This document shows positions 15,973 through 26,503 of a DNA stretch of 38,151 bases, piece by piece. The translations under genes and the position numbers were made by a program. Under the pieces are notes generated by a model. It saw only the letters and a program-made list of their open reading frames with translations, was not told the DNA's origin and did not search any database. Source of the DNA: a virus; the IMG/VR virus record IMGVR_UViG_3300045988_161139; one strand, written 5' to 3'. The number at the start of each line of letters is the position of its first letter. The stretch's first letter is position 1.

Positions 15973-18031
15973 TCAATTTGCACTCGCATATACCGTCCTC
16001 ACCGGTCGTGACGGAGTAGATGGCGAAATAGCATCCGTACACGTCGAGGTAAACCCGCCGCGTATAGTCGAGATTGCAGATGTCGGCCACGGTCAGTTTG
16101 ACGTAGACCGTAATCATGCGGAACTTTTTCAGGATCCGCTGGTAGGCTGCATACCGTTGCGCCACGATACCCTCCGACCCGCCGAAATACATCGTGCGGG
16201 GGAACAGGCCGTGCCTGTAACGACCTACCGTACCGTTTCCGTCTTCAATCGTCGTATTCACATCGGCAAGAATACGGGCAGAAGGAGCAGAGTAATTTAC
16301 CTCCTTTGCTCCGTTGACTGTCTGTTCCTCATAGCAAGGCACAAAAGCGAATGGCCTATCAGGGCGATCCGGATTCCAACCTGTTCTATTGGTCGAAGCC
16401 GAGAAATCCAACGATACCAATTCGTTCTCCCGCTCGATGTTCTCGTTGTCGATGGAGATGATGCCCTGCGTGTTCAACATCTCGGCGTCCTCGTCGTTGT
16501 CGTAGTCGAGCGTGTTGGTCTGGGCATAATCCCCCATCGTGAACTCCGTCCCCTCCGGCCGCCAGATTTCGCCCCGATCGTTCAGAATCACTTTGCGGCT
16601 CCAATCCTGAATCGTTGCGTCGAGATGACTGTCGACGATTCGTCTGTCGGTTTGCGTGCTCGGCGTCCGGTTGTCTCCCGAATCGACGATGCGATAGTCG
16701 TAGTCGATCGTGTCCGTCGAATTATAGAACTGATCGGGCGACATCATGTGGATCGTATTATTATCCGAACTGTCCGGATAGGCGAAAAGTCCGGCCATTG
16801 TCATCAATGCCGACAGGAACTCCGCGTGCGTCATATCCGGCAGATTCTCGGCTATCGGAAACGGAGAGGGGAATTGGATGTCGTCGAAATGGGGCGTGAT
16901 GATGAATCGGGCAGCGATCGTTTGCTCCTGTTCGACTGGATAGAGGTATTTTATCTGCCAGTAAACATAATCCGTGTCTTGGACGTCGATTTCCAAATCT
17001 TTCACGATATCGGGACCGATTCCAAATGTCGCTAAGCCATTGCTTATTGTACCTCTACGTTCGAAAAGGAGTTTGCGAGTTTGGGACTCGTTGGTAGTGT
17101 TAACTCCGTAAAGAGCGATAGATGGTGATACATTTCCGAATTTATTCCCTTTAATTCCGACAGGGTTGTCGTCGTAACTTAAAATGGAAACTGAAATCTT
17201 TTCCAAATTTGAAACGTTGAAATTACGATAACGAGACCCCGTGTCACTCCCTGTTCCCGTATCAATTTCAATATCCCACAACCCCCGTTTGTCGGCCGTG
17301 ATATTCTCCTGCTTGAATTCGATATTATTGATGTATTGTAACGTGCTATATAAATATCCGGAACTTGCCTCGAACCGATCCGAATACCAACTGTCGGGCC
17401 CCGAGTTTTTCGACACGAGCGGAACGATCATCGGATGTTTGTCACTGGTTTGGCTCAAACGGGTTATATTCTCTATCGTGATACCGTGATATTTCTGTAT
17501 GGCATCCAAGATCGCGGATACTTGTACGGACGGATGCGAATAATTGATATTACGTCCTGCCCCGAAATCAATCTGGATAAATCCTGCCAATGCTGTATCG
17601 GAGGGCAATGCCCACGGCACCTCTTTGTTCCACTCGACATAATCCGCTCCTGCCACCTCGATGATCTGCTCGCGCAGATCGCGCAGCGAAGCGTCGAACA
17701 ACGGCTGGAAGTTGTCGATGTTGCCCCACACGAGTGTGATGTTGATCGTGTCGGTTACGTCCGTAACCATCGCATACCCCCGCGTGAAGACCGGAAAGCC
17801 GCCGAGGTAGTACGCTGCCGAATGCTTCCCGTATGCCGCCGAATCGTCCAAGATGTCGATGCGGTCGATCAGACCGAAGGCCTTGCGGTTGCGGGGCGTC
17901 AGCGGCAGATTGATCTCCGCGCTGCGGTTGCTCTGGATCACGTCGAGATCGTTGAAGACCGGCGACTGGAAGATCAGCGACGGCGTATCTTCCAGATCGC
18001 ACAACTGACCGTTTATGTAGAGCTCCTTCGT
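15962..18031 (-). CDS. Large virion structural protein (approximately 689 aa from MTKELYING...), function unknown
   Basis: Track ORF 15962..18187. The first 52 codons overlap the upstream gene and are Arg-rich. A start at 18031 gives an ATGA overlap with the stop of 18031..19002. Confidence 0.55.
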   Translation of the reverse strand, partial: TKELYINGQLCDLEDTPSLIFQSPVFNDLDVIQSNRSAEINLPLTPRNRKAFGLIDRIDILDDSAAYGKHSAAYYLGGFPVFTRGYAMVTDVTDTINITLVWGNIDNFQPLFDASLRDLREQIIEVAGADYVEWNKEVPWALPSDTALAGFIQIDFGAGRNINYSHPSVQVSAILDAIQKYHGITIENITRLSQTSDKHPMIVPLVSKNSGPDSWYSDRFEASSGYLYSTLQYINNIEFKQENITADKRGLWDIEIDTGTGSDTGSRYRNFNVSNLEKISVSILSYDDNPVGIKGNKFGNVSPSIALYGVNTTNESQTRKLLFERRGTISNGLATFGIGPDIVKDLEIDVQDTDYVYWQIKYLYPVEQEQTIAARFIITPHFDDIQFPSPFPIAENLPDMTHAEFLSALMTMAGLFAYPDSSDNNTIHMMSPDQFYNSTDTIDYDYRIVDSGDNRTPSTQTDRRIVDSHLDATIQDWSRKVILNDRGEIWRPEGTEFTMGDYAQTNTLDYDNDEDAEMLNTQGIISIDNENIERENELVSLDFSASTNRTGWNPDRPDRPFAFVPCYEEQTVNGAKEVNYSAPSARILADVNTTIEDGNGTVGRYRHGLFPRTMYFGGSEGIVAQRYAAYQRILKKFRMITVYVKLTVADICNLDYTRRVYLDVYGCYFAIYSVTTGEDGICECKLIKL

Positions 18032-19002
18032 CATAGCGTCAAGTGCTTTATCGAAAGTTCTACCACGCAGTCCTGCATGCAGGCATTCGTCCGCGAGATG
18101 TCGCCGTCTTCGACATAGGCGTCGATCCACACCTTCCGCCGGGCGTCGTACAGCTGCACCTCCCGTCCGGAGAGAATCGATGCGCACAGGTCGAACAGTT
18201 CACGGTCGACCAGTCCGCTATGGAGCGTATGGGTCGTGGTCGCCGTGATCGTGCGGTGGCGTTCGGGTGTCAGTTTCTCGGAGAGCGTTTCGAAGGTCTC
18301 GTCTTCGGATACGTCGTCGACGCGCTCGGTCGGATGCCAGAGAAAGTAACGCATCAATCCCGTTGCATCGCGCCAGCGCACGAACGATCCGCTGTCGCAA
18401 GGATTCACCACGACCGTCAGACGCGCGCTCTTCACGGCACCGGTCGTGCCGCCCGTCGAGACGATCAACTGCCGCTCGCCGCCTCCGAATTCGCGGAAGA
18501 AGGTCATCGGAAGGGAGAACACGGGATCGACACGCGAATAGACCTCCCGCCGGCCGCTGTCGGCATCGGTGAAAGCGAAGTCCTGCATGGCGCCCGTATA
18601 GGAGTTGACGAGAATCTGCTCGCTGTAATCGAACGCCGGAAAGACCACGATCTTCGACGGCTGGGGCCAGCTGATCGGGGTATCGGCCTGCGCATTGTTC
18701 GTCATCGCGCGCGCCGACGCCCCTTTGAGCAGATAGAGCGGCGACGAGGCGATCGCCTGCCCGTCTACTTCGAGGCTGATCGTCGTTTGCGCATTCCCGT
18801 CCTGTGCGATGATTTCGAACAGATCGTCCATCGGGAATACGGCCGAACCGTTGATGATCGAACGCACCAACGTATAGCCGCCGACTTTGACAACGGCCGC
18901 ATTGTATGTCGGCGCTTCGCTGACTCCGACCGTATTGTAGTTTCTCGCCAGCGAAATGGCGGGTGTTAATCTATATTTAGGCATAATCACTGATTGTTTC
19001 AT
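18031..19002 (-). CDS. Structural protein (candidate major tail protein), hypothetical
   Basis: 323-aa ORF in the tail module. No motif recognised. Confidence 0.45.
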   Translation of the reverse strand: MKQSVIMPKYRLTPAISLARNYNTVGVSEAPTYNAAVVKVGGYTLVRSIINGSAVFPMDDLFEIIAQDGNAQTTISLEVDGQAIASSPLYLLKGASARAMTNNAQADTPISWPQPSKIVVFPAFDYSEQILVNSYTGAMQDFAFTDADSGRREVYSRVDPVFSLPMTFFREFGGGERQLIVSTGGTTGAVKSARLTVVVNPCDSGSFVRWRDATGLMRYFLWHPTERVDDVSEDETFETLSEKLTPERHRTITATTTHTLHSGLVDRELFDLCASILSGREVQLYDARRKVWIDAYVEDGDISRTNACMQDCVVELSIKHLTL

Positions 19003-19540
19003 TCAACATCGTAAACACGCTGCGGTCGAGCTGCTCGGAGAGTTGCCGGTCGATGTCGTCCACGGCCGGCTGCAACAGGTCGAACAGAATCTCCGTACCG
19101 CCGCCCTCGCGGTAGAGCACCGTGCCCTTGCTCCATACGTTCGCCGCCACGGCGTAGGCGTCGATCTCCTCGATGCCGTAGAGCCCCTCTTTGGCCTGCG
19201 CCCATCGTTCGATCGCAAGGAGAAAAGCATCGAAGGAGGCGTATTGCGCCTGCACATCGCCCGCAGAACGTCCCTCGTCGACGCCGGCGATCCCCTGCCG
19301 GCCGACGAACGCCGCTTCGAAACCGTCGTCGTTCTGTTCGACCTGCGTTTGGAGCGATGCCGCCGTAGCACCCGTGGCCCACTCCGGCACGCCGAGGCTG
19401 TTGACCCGCTTTCCGCTGCTGCCCGTCTTCGTTTGCAGATTCGCCACGACCTGCGTGCGCAGCGTATCGAACCGCGCTTCGCACACCTCGATGAATCGCT
19501 GCGGATCGAAATAGCGCAGTATCTTGTCGATCCTATCCAT
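18977..19540 (-). CDS. Hypothetical head-tail/tail assembly protein
   Basis: 187-aa ORF in a coupled operon (8-nt overlap with the upstream gene). Confidence 0.45.
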   Translation of the reverse strand: MDRIDKILRYFDPQRFIEVCEARFDTLRTQVVANLQTKTGSSGKRVNSLGVPEWATGATAASLQTQVEQNDDGFEAAFVGRQGIAGVDEGRSAGDVQAQYASFDAFLLAIERWAQAKEGLYGIEEIDAYAVAANVWSKGTVLYREGGGTEILFDLLQPAVDDIDRQLSEQLDRSVFTMLNETISDYA

Positions 19541-20027
19541 TGTTGCAGGTCGAATAGGTCATCGTCGCTTCGCATTCGACTCCGCAGACCAGCTGATCGA
19601 ATCGGGCGGCGAACGGGGTGATCTTCGTGACCTGCACCTCGACTCCCCGATCCCGCAATGCCTCGAAAAACTCCGCCGAGCGGTCGATCATCTCCTCGAC
19701 GATCGGCATGACCTGCGTCGCGGTATCGGGTTCCGCTTCGCCGAGGTCGCCGCAGAAGAGGAACTTCGAGGCGCGCTTGTAGACGCCATCGAGATCCGTC
19801 GGCGTGATCGTCTCGAAGAATTGCCGCACGACGACCGGATACTCCGTGATCGTCCCCAGGATGTAGTTCGTCTCTTTAAGGCGGGCATAGATATACGAAC
19901 CGAAGCCGCACGCCCCGGCGGCCTTGTCGATATGGTCGTTCAGCGAGTTTATCTTCACTCCCACGATACGTCGGGCCGGCGGCGTCTGCCCGACGACCCT
20001 GTACTCGTATTCCTTGTTGTCGGTCAT
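19533..20027 (-). CDS. Hypothetical structural protein
   Basis: 164-aa ORF, with 4-nt overlaps on both sides. Confidence 0.45.
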   Translation of the reverse strand: MTDNKEYEYRVVGQTPPARRIVGVKINSLNDHIDKAAGACGFGSYIYARLKETNYILGTITEYPVVVRQFFETITPTDLDGVYKRASKFLFCGDLGEAEPDTATQVMPIVEEMIDRSAEFFEALRDRGVEVQVTKITPFAARFDQLVCGVECEATMTYSTCNNG

Positions 20028-20617
20028 CTTCTTTTGATTTTAGAGGTTTGTATCCTGCTGAGATTGCGCTGCTCGATCACGTCGTTCGTCGTCGACTCGA
20101 AGGCTTCGTAGACGACGCTCCACTCCATGCCGTAGACCGACGCGGGCGATACGGCGCCGTTCATGATCTGCACGTACTTGCGCACCACGGCGGCGATGCC
20201 TCGGTCGGGGCGGTCGATCTGCGCCTGCCGCTCCTCGTCGGTCGGTTCGATTTTCAGATCGGCGAATCTCTTCGAGATGGCCGCGAGCGTGTCCATGCAG
20301 TGCAGAAAGTAGCGGTACGCACGGATGAACCGCAAATCCGCGACCTTCTCTTTCGGGATGCCGAGCATTTGCGACAACACGTTGACGAAGTAATCGGTGG
20401 AGCGGTTCGTCGCGTTCAGCACCGCCAGATCGCGCATCGTCATGTGTTTCGGATCGCGGGCCGCAATACGCCTGTCCGGCAGCCACCGCCGATGCAGTAC
20501 GCAGCATTCCGGTTCCGCCCGTCTCTTGATCTCTTCTGCAAACCGACGGCTTTCGAGGTTGAACAATGCCGCCCTGCCGATGATGATGTCCCGAACGGTA
20601 TCGGTCGATTTGACGAT
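20024..20617 (-). CDS. Hypothetical head-tail connector-region protein (start taken at internal Met MIVKSTDT...)
   Basis: Track ORF 20024..20731. The N-terminal 38 codons overlap the upstream gene. An internal Met at 20617 gives an ATGA junction. Confidence 0.4.
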   Translation of the reverse strand: MVKSTDTVRDIIIGRAALFNLESRRFAEEIKRRAEPECCVLHRRWLPDRRIAARDPKHMTMRDLAVLNATNRSTDYFVNVLSQMLGIPKEKVADLRFIRAYRYFLHCMDTLAAISKRFADLKIEPTDEERQAQIDRPDRGIAAVVRKYVQIMNGAVSPASVYGMEWSVVYEAFESTTNDVIEQRNLSRIQTSKIKRR

Positions 20618-21096
20618 CATAATCCGAATAAGTTTGCGGGTTCGAAAATTGCCGAACAATAGTCCGGCACGGCCCCCAGTTCGACGAGCTTCGGCCGCAG
20701 GACGCAGCATTGGCGCACCATATCGTTCCAAACCTCTATGGCACGGATGCGCGGACTCGCTTCGTCCGAATATTCCCCACGCTGCACCTTCTCGCCGGCC
20801 GGTGTGCCGACCGTAGTATGCGTGCGCAGCCAGTAGAAATAGACATAGTTCGCAATGGGCGAGGTCTTGACCGCTTCGTTTCTGAGCAGCGCAACGATCT
20901 GCGGATTCTCCTCCGCCGTCGCCGCCAGTGCCTCACCCAGCAGATTGCGGAGAAATATCGGCTCGTAAATGGCGATGTAGGAGTTCGCCGAATCGATGAG
21001 TGTCTGAGCGAGCGCCGTCGGCTTGTCGTCCTTCCGATTGGCGATGCCGGAGATGTAGATCGGATCCTTCTCGAAATAGGTGTTGTCGATAATCAT
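20617..21096 (-). CDS. Hypothetical head-completion/adaptor protein
   Basis: 159-aa ORF following the capsid genes. Confidence 0.45.
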   Translation of the reverse strand: MIIDNTYFEKDPIYISGIANRKDDKPTALAQTLIDSANSYIAIYEPIFLRNLLGEALAATAEENPQIVALLRNEAVKTSPIANYVYFYWLRTHTTVGTPAGEKVQRGEYSDEASPRIRAIEVWNDMVRQCCVLRPKLVELGAVPDYCSAIFEPANLFGL

Positions 21097-21107
21097 GGGA
21101 AATGTAT

Positions 21108-21133
21108 TTAGCGGGCGCAGGGGCGATCAAACC
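21108..21133 (-). terminator. GC-rich hairpin after the capsid gene pair (CGCAGGGG-TTTGATCG-CCCCTGCG); candidate attenuator/terminator
   Basis: 8-bp perfect stem read on the minus strand. No U-tract follows. Confidence 0.35.
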
Positions 21134-21152
21134 CCTGCGTCCTGAAATTACT

Positions 21153-21316
21153 TCACCGTTTCTCGGTGGCGCGGCCCAACTTGATGAGCGTCTTGGCATG
21201 TACGGGATGCACCTCATAGGCTTTGCCCTTCTCCAGCGTATTGCCGGGGCCGCCGGTTCCGTAGACCGTCACGCGATCGTTGAAGTCCACATTGGTCTTT
21301 TCTTCTTTCGTTGCCA
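21153..21316 (-). CDS. Small protein (54 aa) directly downstream of the major capsid gene (head decoration/unknown)
   Basis: Minus-strand translation: MATKEEKTNVDFNDRVTVYGTGGPGNTLEKGKAYEVHPVHAKTLIKLGRATEKR*. Below the 60-aa track cutoff. Confidence 0.4.
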
Positions 21317-21358
21317 TATTCTTTTTCGTTTAACGTGTTTGACTTAGGCTGCCACCTT

Positions 21359-22621
21359 CTAAGACTCGGCAGCCGGTTTCTGCAAGGCGGCGATAATGGT
21401 CGCAAACGTGCCTTTGACGAACGCCCCCTGATCGACCGATGCGAAGTACGAGTGCAGACGCTCCTCGCAGATGACCGTGAAGAGATTCTTCTGGAAGTCG
21501 TCGTCGACCCACCCGAATTCGACGCGAATGCCTTTGTACGGGCGAACGTTCCATTTGCTCGTATCGGCAACGAGGAAATCGCCGGCCTTGACGTAGGTCG
21601 ATTCCACGATCTCCACCCCGCGGATGAGCCGGAACAGCTCGTCCGAGATGTAGTGACCCGTCGAATCCTTCGTCAGGTCGATGGAGGCCCGATCCGAAGG
21701 GTTGAGCATCACCACGTCGGGATAGAAGTTCAGGTTCCGCATCTGGAGGATCGCTGCGCGGATCGCATCGGCCTTGTTCGCCATTTCGACCGTCCCGTCG
21801 AGCGCGGTGGCCGTATAGGCGGCAGCAGCCGTAAAGATGCCTTTGAGATTCACGCCCGTGCCGTCACCGGTGAGCAGCTGTTTCGTGCGTTCCTGAACGA
21901 GCGACGTGCGCAGCATGTTGTCGATCTCCGACTGCATATAGTCGAAATCGTCGCGCATCTCGTAGGAGATTTTGGCCGATACGGCCACTTTCTTCGCCGT
22001 CGACGTCTCAGGGACATACGACCAGTCCATAGCGGGCTTCAAGGTCCCCTCGGCGATGAATGCAGGAGCGCCGTTGCCGGGCTTGCGATCCACCCACGTG
22101 ATATTGGGCGAGTTGGTCGAGCCCTTGAACAACCGTTCTACGACGCGCGTGTCTTCGCTCGGCGCGTAATGAATCGTGCGGTCTACTTCGGTGTTGAGCG
22201 CTGCAACCGCCGTGGTATTGGCCGCCACGGTGATCGTCGTAGCCGCCGCTTTGATCTCCAGTTCGAGCGCCGTATTGCGTTTCTCCGCGAAAGCGCGTTT
22301 CGCCTCGTCGCTCGAAAGGAACGCCTTGATCTGCTCGCGGATCGTGCGGCCCTTTCCGGCGCTACCGCTCATCGAACGGCGGATCTCGCTCCCCTGCTCC
22401 TTGAGAGCCTTCTCGATCTCCGCGATCTTCTCGGCCGACACGCCCAGTTTCCCGAGCGACGATTTTACCGACTCGACGATCTCTTCCTCCGATTTGATCC
22501 CCTCGGCCAGCATTTCGAGCTGGTCGTTGATGTGCTTGCCGAGCAATTCCATGCCCTTGCGATCCACATCCGAGAACTCCCCGCTGTCGGGCAGTTTGAA
22601 TTTCTTGAATTTGAATGCCAT
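21359..22621 (-). CDS. Major capsid protein (HK97 fold) with an N-terminal coiled-coil/scaffold-like segment
   Basis: 420 aa. It lies immediately after the prohead protease, and the N-terminal 120 aa are helical and charged. Length and position are typical of HK97-type MCPs with a delta domain. Confidence 0.7.
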   Translation of the reverse strand: MAFKFKKFKLPDSGEFSDVDRKGMELLGKHINDQLEMLAEGIKSEEEIVESVKSSLGKLGVSAEKIAEIEKALKEQGSEIRRSMSGSAGKGRTIREQIKAFLSSDEAKRAFAEKRNTALELEIKAAATTITVAANTTAVAALNTEVDRTIHYAPSEDTRVVERLFKGSTNSPNITWVDRKPGNGAPAFIAEGTLKPAMDWSYVPETSTAKKVAVSAKISYEMRDDFDYMQSEIDNMLRTSLVQERTKQLLTGDGTGVNLKGIFTAAAAYTATALDGTVEMANKADAIRAAILQMRNLNFYPDVVMLNPSDRASIDLTKDSTGHYISDELFRLIRGVEIVESTYVKAGDFLVADTSKWNVRPYKGIRVEFGWVDDDFQKNLFTVICEERLHSYFASVDQGAFVKGTFATIIAALQKPAAES

Positions 22622-22626
22622 GTTTT

Positions 22627-23322
22627 TCAGTTTTTGATTTGACCTAATTTTTCGAATACCGAACTGCGTGAAGTGAGTGGCGCGCGGGCCGGCTCGGCTT
22701 TGAACATCGACAGTATTCTGCTGTGTACTTTTTCGTATTCATCGGGCGCGGTCTCCCGTAATGCCTTGACATATCGTTCCATGTCGTCCAAGGCTTTCAT
22801 GTCGCCGATATACTCCGTGTGCTCGTTGGCGCCGAAGGTGACGACCGAAATCTCGTGCAGAATAATCTCCTTCACGATCAGGCAGTCGAGATCGGGATCG
22901 TAATCGCATTTGTCCCATACATACCGATAGCCGATCGAGAACTGGTTGAGCACCCCTTCGTGCATCTGCACCCATGCGCGGCGAGCGTCCGGCACGGCAT
23001 CGAAATCCGAGAGCTGCACCGTGGCGTATCCGCCGTCGTCCTTCTCCTCGATCGACAGGATACGGCCGATCGGGTTCTTCGTCTCGTGCTGCCACAGGAA
23101 TTGTATCTTCCGGTTCGTCGCAGACGCCGGCCCGCGCTCCTGAATACTCTTGCTGATGCAACCCTTCATCAGCATGTCGCCGTCCGAATCGACCGTTCCG
23201 AACGAACAGAACTTCACGAGAATGATGTGTTTCTCCTCGTCCACGACATCGGCCTTTAATATCGGCGCTTGCTTGAAAGCCCCGCCGCGGCTCATGACTT
23301 TTTTATACAGTAGTTTGTCCAT
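22627..23322 (-). CDS. Prohead protease (HK97/S78 family)
   Basis: ...FSIGYRYVWDK...IILHEISVVTFGANEHT... resembles the Peptidase_S78 core. It lies between the portal and the MCP. Confidence 0.7.
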   Translation of the reverse strand: MDKLLYKKVMSRGGAFKQAPILKADVVDEEKHIILVKFCSFGTVDSDGDMLMKGCISKSIQERGPASATNRKIQFLWQHETKNPIGRILSIEEKDDGGYATVQLSDFDAVPDARRAWVQMHEGVLNQFSIGYRYVWDKCDYDPDLDCLIVKEIILHEISVVTFGANEHTEYIGDMKALDDMERYVKALRETAPDEYEKVHSRILSMFKAEPARAPLTSRSSVFEKLGQIKN

Positions 23323-24593
23323 TATTCCAGAATGTTTGCAATGATGTTTTTCCCCTGTTGCTCGGTAATGAGACCGGAGGCGATCGCGTTGCTGGCAGCC
23401 GTCACGGCCGCCGTCAGCGAGTCGGCATACATCCGCTTCGCTTCCTGGAAGATCGACAGGTGATCGAAATAGGGAACGATGCGGAATCCATCGAACCCGT
23501 GCGCCGCGTTCAATACCTCCGATATTCGCTCTGCATCCGGTTTGATCGCATCGTTGTACAATTTGACCTCGGCCGCCGTAAGATTCGCATAGGTCGTACC
23601 TTCGGTGTCGATCAGTACATACGGCACTTGATAGGCATCGGCGATCTCCTTCTTGGCATTGCGCTGCACCTCCGTGAGATTCATGTCCTTCATGTTGGCC
23701 GAAATCTGCACGAAAGCAGCCTTCAATCCGGTCACGATGTACTTATATTGGCCCTTCATCACGCCGTATCGCCGCAGGGCCGCTTGTGCCTGCTCCCGAT
23801 CCTCCTTGTTCTCCGGCAACACGGATGTCCGGAAATCCTCGCTATTCAACGAGATGATACCCAATGCCCCTCTGTTGATGATGAGTTCGTTCTGCGCCTC
23901 GAATGACGACACGAAAGGATTGACGGCGTTCTGCAAGGCTGACAGACGCGACTGCGATGCTCCGAAGATATTCGGATTATAGGCCGAATCCCGCACGACG
24001 AACATTTGATCCCGATCGACACGAATTTGATAATCGTTGATCGAAACCATATAATAATCGATCTGCGGATCGGGCCGGAAACCGGTGAATTCGGAGGTCG
24101 TCACCTCCTGAACAAGCGGATTCGGAATCACGTAGAGTTCGTAGGCCGTGGGCACACCGACCGGCTCCCAGCGAAGAATATAGGCTTTTCCGTAAATATC
24201 CTTGAAGGCTTCGATCATCGCCGTGAAATCTTCGATCGTTTGAAAGTCATTCGGATGCTTCCACCTGTTCAGTTCCTCCGTGCGACCTGCGACCTGGCGA
24301 GCGTCGTCCGACGGATCGACAGCCCACCAGCGGGCGTTGCGAATTGCCGCGGATTTCTTGGTCACGACCGAAAACAACGCGCTGCACCGAGCGTAAGCGA
24401 TAGTCTGTCCGGCAACGGTGTCGCAGTCGATCGTACTACCGCTGCCCAATCCCATTGCCGAGAGAAAATCGCGCACAGAGACGAACCGCTGTTCCTCCGC
24501 TGTCGGAGTTCCGCACTCCGATTTCGTCGTCAAGTCCTGACTCTTACTTCGCCACTTCAAGCTGAATCTCATTGCACATAGCCTTTGAAGCAA
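23322..24593 (-). CDS. Portal protein
   Basis: 423 aa, directly after the large terminase and before the protease. It is preceded by the conserved promoter-like element. Confidence 0.65.
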   Translation of the reverse strand: MLQRLCAMRFSLKWRSKSQDLTTKSECGTPTAEEQRFVSVRDFLSAMGLGSGSTIDCDTVAGQTIAYARCSALFSVVTKKSAAIRNARWWAVDPSDDARQVAGRTEELNRWKHPNDFQTIEDFTAMIEAFKDIYGKAYILRWEPVGVPTAYELYVIPNPLVQEVTTSEFTGFRPDPQIDYYMVSINDYQIRVDRDQMFVVRDSAYNPNIFGASQSRLSALQNAVNPFVSSFEAQNELIINRGALGIISLNSEDFRTSVLPENKEDREQAQAALRRYGVMKGQYKYIVTGLKAAFVQISANMKDMNLTEVQRNAKKEIADAYQVPYVLIDTEGTTYANLTAAEVKLYNDAIKPDAERISEVLNAAHGFDGFRIVPYFDHLSIFQEAKRMYADSLTAAVTAASNAIASGLITEQQGKNIIANILE

Positions 24594-24643
24594 ATGTAAG
24601 GGCGATAAAAGAGGGTTCTCCGAACTTTTCGCTGTTTTTTCAT
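24585..24643 (-). promoter_or_regulatory. Conserved late-operon element, copy 2 (-7 box TACATTTGCTTCAAA plus AGCGAAAAGTTCGGAGAACCC block)
   Basis: Plus strand: tttgaagcaaatgtaagggcgataaaagagggttctccgaacttttcgctgttttttcat. It lies between terL and the portal gene. Confidence 0.55.
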
Positions 24644-25905
24644 TTTCGGCGGTTGCAGACCCAATAGAGATACTCCATTACAGCGTATCGGGCCGCATCC
24701 CACAAGTGATTGAATTTGTCGATCGGCTGGTTGATCGTAATGCCGTTCACCGAATCCCACACATAGGAATTGGCCTCGGTTTGGAAATTACGGCTGCGGA
24801 CGATATGGAGGCGGAACGATTTGACCATGTGAATTCCGTCCGTTACGGAACCGGCATATTTCTTCGCCTTCACCACGCTGAGCCCGCGCAGCAGCAGGCC
24901 GTCGACCATCGATTCGGGATTTTTAGCGTATTTGTCCGCCGAGTCGGCGAATATGGGCATCCGCCCGACTGTCCCCTCTATCGCATCATAGAGCAAGGCC
25001 GGATCGGAGCAGGGTGCATAAAACTCTTCCTTCATGTATAGATCAAGCCCCCGAAGCCCCAGACGGACGAGCGCCGTAGGATCGTTCGTAAATCCGAAGT
25101 CGAGGCCGAACACGACCCTTTCCAGGTCGGACGGAAATTCATCGATCCAGTCGATATTCGGATAGACAAGGCCCTCTTTCGCCGCACGGATTCCCAATCC
25201 ATAGACTTTCCATCGCCACTCGTCGGCCGTGCCCGCAGCAATGTTCGCCGGTGTAGGTTCATAGGATTCGATCTCTCGTATGACCCCAGGCGGGCAGAAC
25301 GGATTGTCTTTGTATGTCGTGTGCGTAAAATAGGTGTGCGGCTGCCCTTCCAGTTCGAAGGCCCAATGTTCGGTATATTTGGGATTCCAGTCGCCGATGA
25401 CCATCGTCGTGCAGCGCATCGTGATATTTTTGTACTGCTGCTTCGAGATGTCGTCCAGCATCTCGTTGATGTAGATGATGTCGCAATCGTATCCTTCACG
25501 GCTATCCATTCTGTCCAATCCGCGGAAATGGATCACGGAGTTGTTGATATAGTAGTCGGGATGTTGATTCTCGCTGCGCATCGCATCGGGATCGTAGACG
25601 CCGCGCAGGGTCAGTTTCTTGCGGAAATCGGCAAGGGTGATCTCCTTGCAGGCCTGCAACGTATTTCGATATACGAAGATATTGAGCGGGGATAGTGCGA
25701 GCGTACAGATGTCGTACAGAAAATCGAAGGCATCGTAGGTCTTCCCCGAACGGCTCGACCCTTCATTAAAAATCTTCAACACCGCATCCCGTTCCCTGTA
25801 CTGCATGTACCGATACATGAGGTAACGATACACTTTCCCCCGATAGGTGCGGATGTCAGGCAGACGATGCATCGGCAGGCGGTGTTTTTTCGATCGACAA
25901 CGCAT
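24640..25905 (-). CDS. Terminase large subunit (PBSX/Terminase_3-like); true start probably at an internal Met (25872 or 25818)
   Basis: Walker A ...NEGSSRSGKT... and nuclease-domain acidic motif ...VFGLDFGFTNDPTALV... Confidence 0.8.
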   Translation of the reverse strand: MRCRSKKHRLPMHRLPDIRTYRGKVYRYLMYRYMQYRERDAVLKIFNEGSSRSGKTYDAFDFLYDICTLALSPLNIFVYRNTLQACKEITLADFRKKLTLRGVYDPDAMRSENQHPDYYINNSVIHFRGLDRMDSREGYDCDIIYINEMLDDISKQQYKNITMRCTTMVIGDWNPKYTEHWAFELEGQPHTYFTHTTYKDNPFCPPGVIREIESYEPTPANIAAGTADEWRWKVYGLGIRAAKEGLVYPNIDWIDEFPSDLERVVFGLDFGFTNDPTALVRLGLRGLDLYMKEEFYAPCSDPALLYDAIEGTVGRMPIFADSADKYAKNPESMVDGLLLRGLSVVKAKKYAGSVTDGIHMVKSFRLHIVRSRNFQTEANSYVWDSVNGITINQPIDKFNHLWDAARYAVMEYLYWVCNRRK

Positions 25906-26446
25906 CCTCCGCGTCTATTTGAATGACGACGGGAGCGACGGCAGGATTTTCTATCTTTCCGGATAGTTTCACCTCCTTCGGCGCTGCGTAACCCAACATG
26001 TTCATGATGCTGTCGAGACTCTTCTGCTTGTCGTAGCACTCGATCTTCACGAACTCCTCGACAATCTCATCGCCATTCGAAGCGATCCGTTTGACCTGTT
26101 TGGTATTGATCGACTTTATACATGCCTTCTCGTCGTCCGTAAGCGACTCGAACTCTTTAAGCGACATCCAGCCGTTACGAATGCGGGTCGCATCCGAAAA
26201 GGCGATCTTCTGGTGCTCGCGGATGATCTGCAAGGCCGAGATGCCCGCAGCCTCGGCAAGGTGAGTTTTCAGATATTCGATCCTCGCTGCAACCTCACTG
26301 TTTTGTAATAGCAGATAGGCATTATTCCATACCGTGTTATCGCTCATGTTCGAACATCTGTAAGCATAGCGATATGCCTCGGACGCATTACCGCATTCGA
26401 GGTACTTATTGCAAAACTTTTCCTGTTTGATCGTGAGCTTGCCCAT
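25856..26446 (-). CDS. Terminase small subunit (Terminase_2-like)
   Basis: MGKLTIKQEKFCNKYLECGNASEAYRYAYRCSNMSDNTVWNNAYLLLQNSEVAARIEYLK matches the Terminase_2 N-terminal signature (LT.KQ..F...Y...GNA..A...AGY). Confidence 0.75.
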   Translation of the reverse strand: MGKLTIKQEKFCNKYLECGNASEAYRYAYRCSNMSDNTVWNNAYLLLQNSEVAARIEYLKTHLAEAAGISALQIIREHQKIAFSDATRIRNGWMSLKEFESLTDDEKACIKSINTKQVKRIASNGDEIVEEFVKIECYDKQKSLDSIMNMLGYAAPKEVKLSGKIENPAVAPVVIQIDAEDALSIEKTPPADASSA

Positions 26447-26475
26447 ATATGCAAAGATCGCCTATCGGGGAGACG

Positions 26476-26503
26476 ATTCTTTCAACTTTTCGCTCTTTTT
26501 CAT
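26476..26503 (-). promoter_or_regulatory. Partial third copy of the conserved element (AGCGAAAAGTTGAAAGAAT block) about 30 nt upstream of the terS start
   Basis: Plus strand: attctttcaacttttcgctctttttcat. Confidence 0.4.
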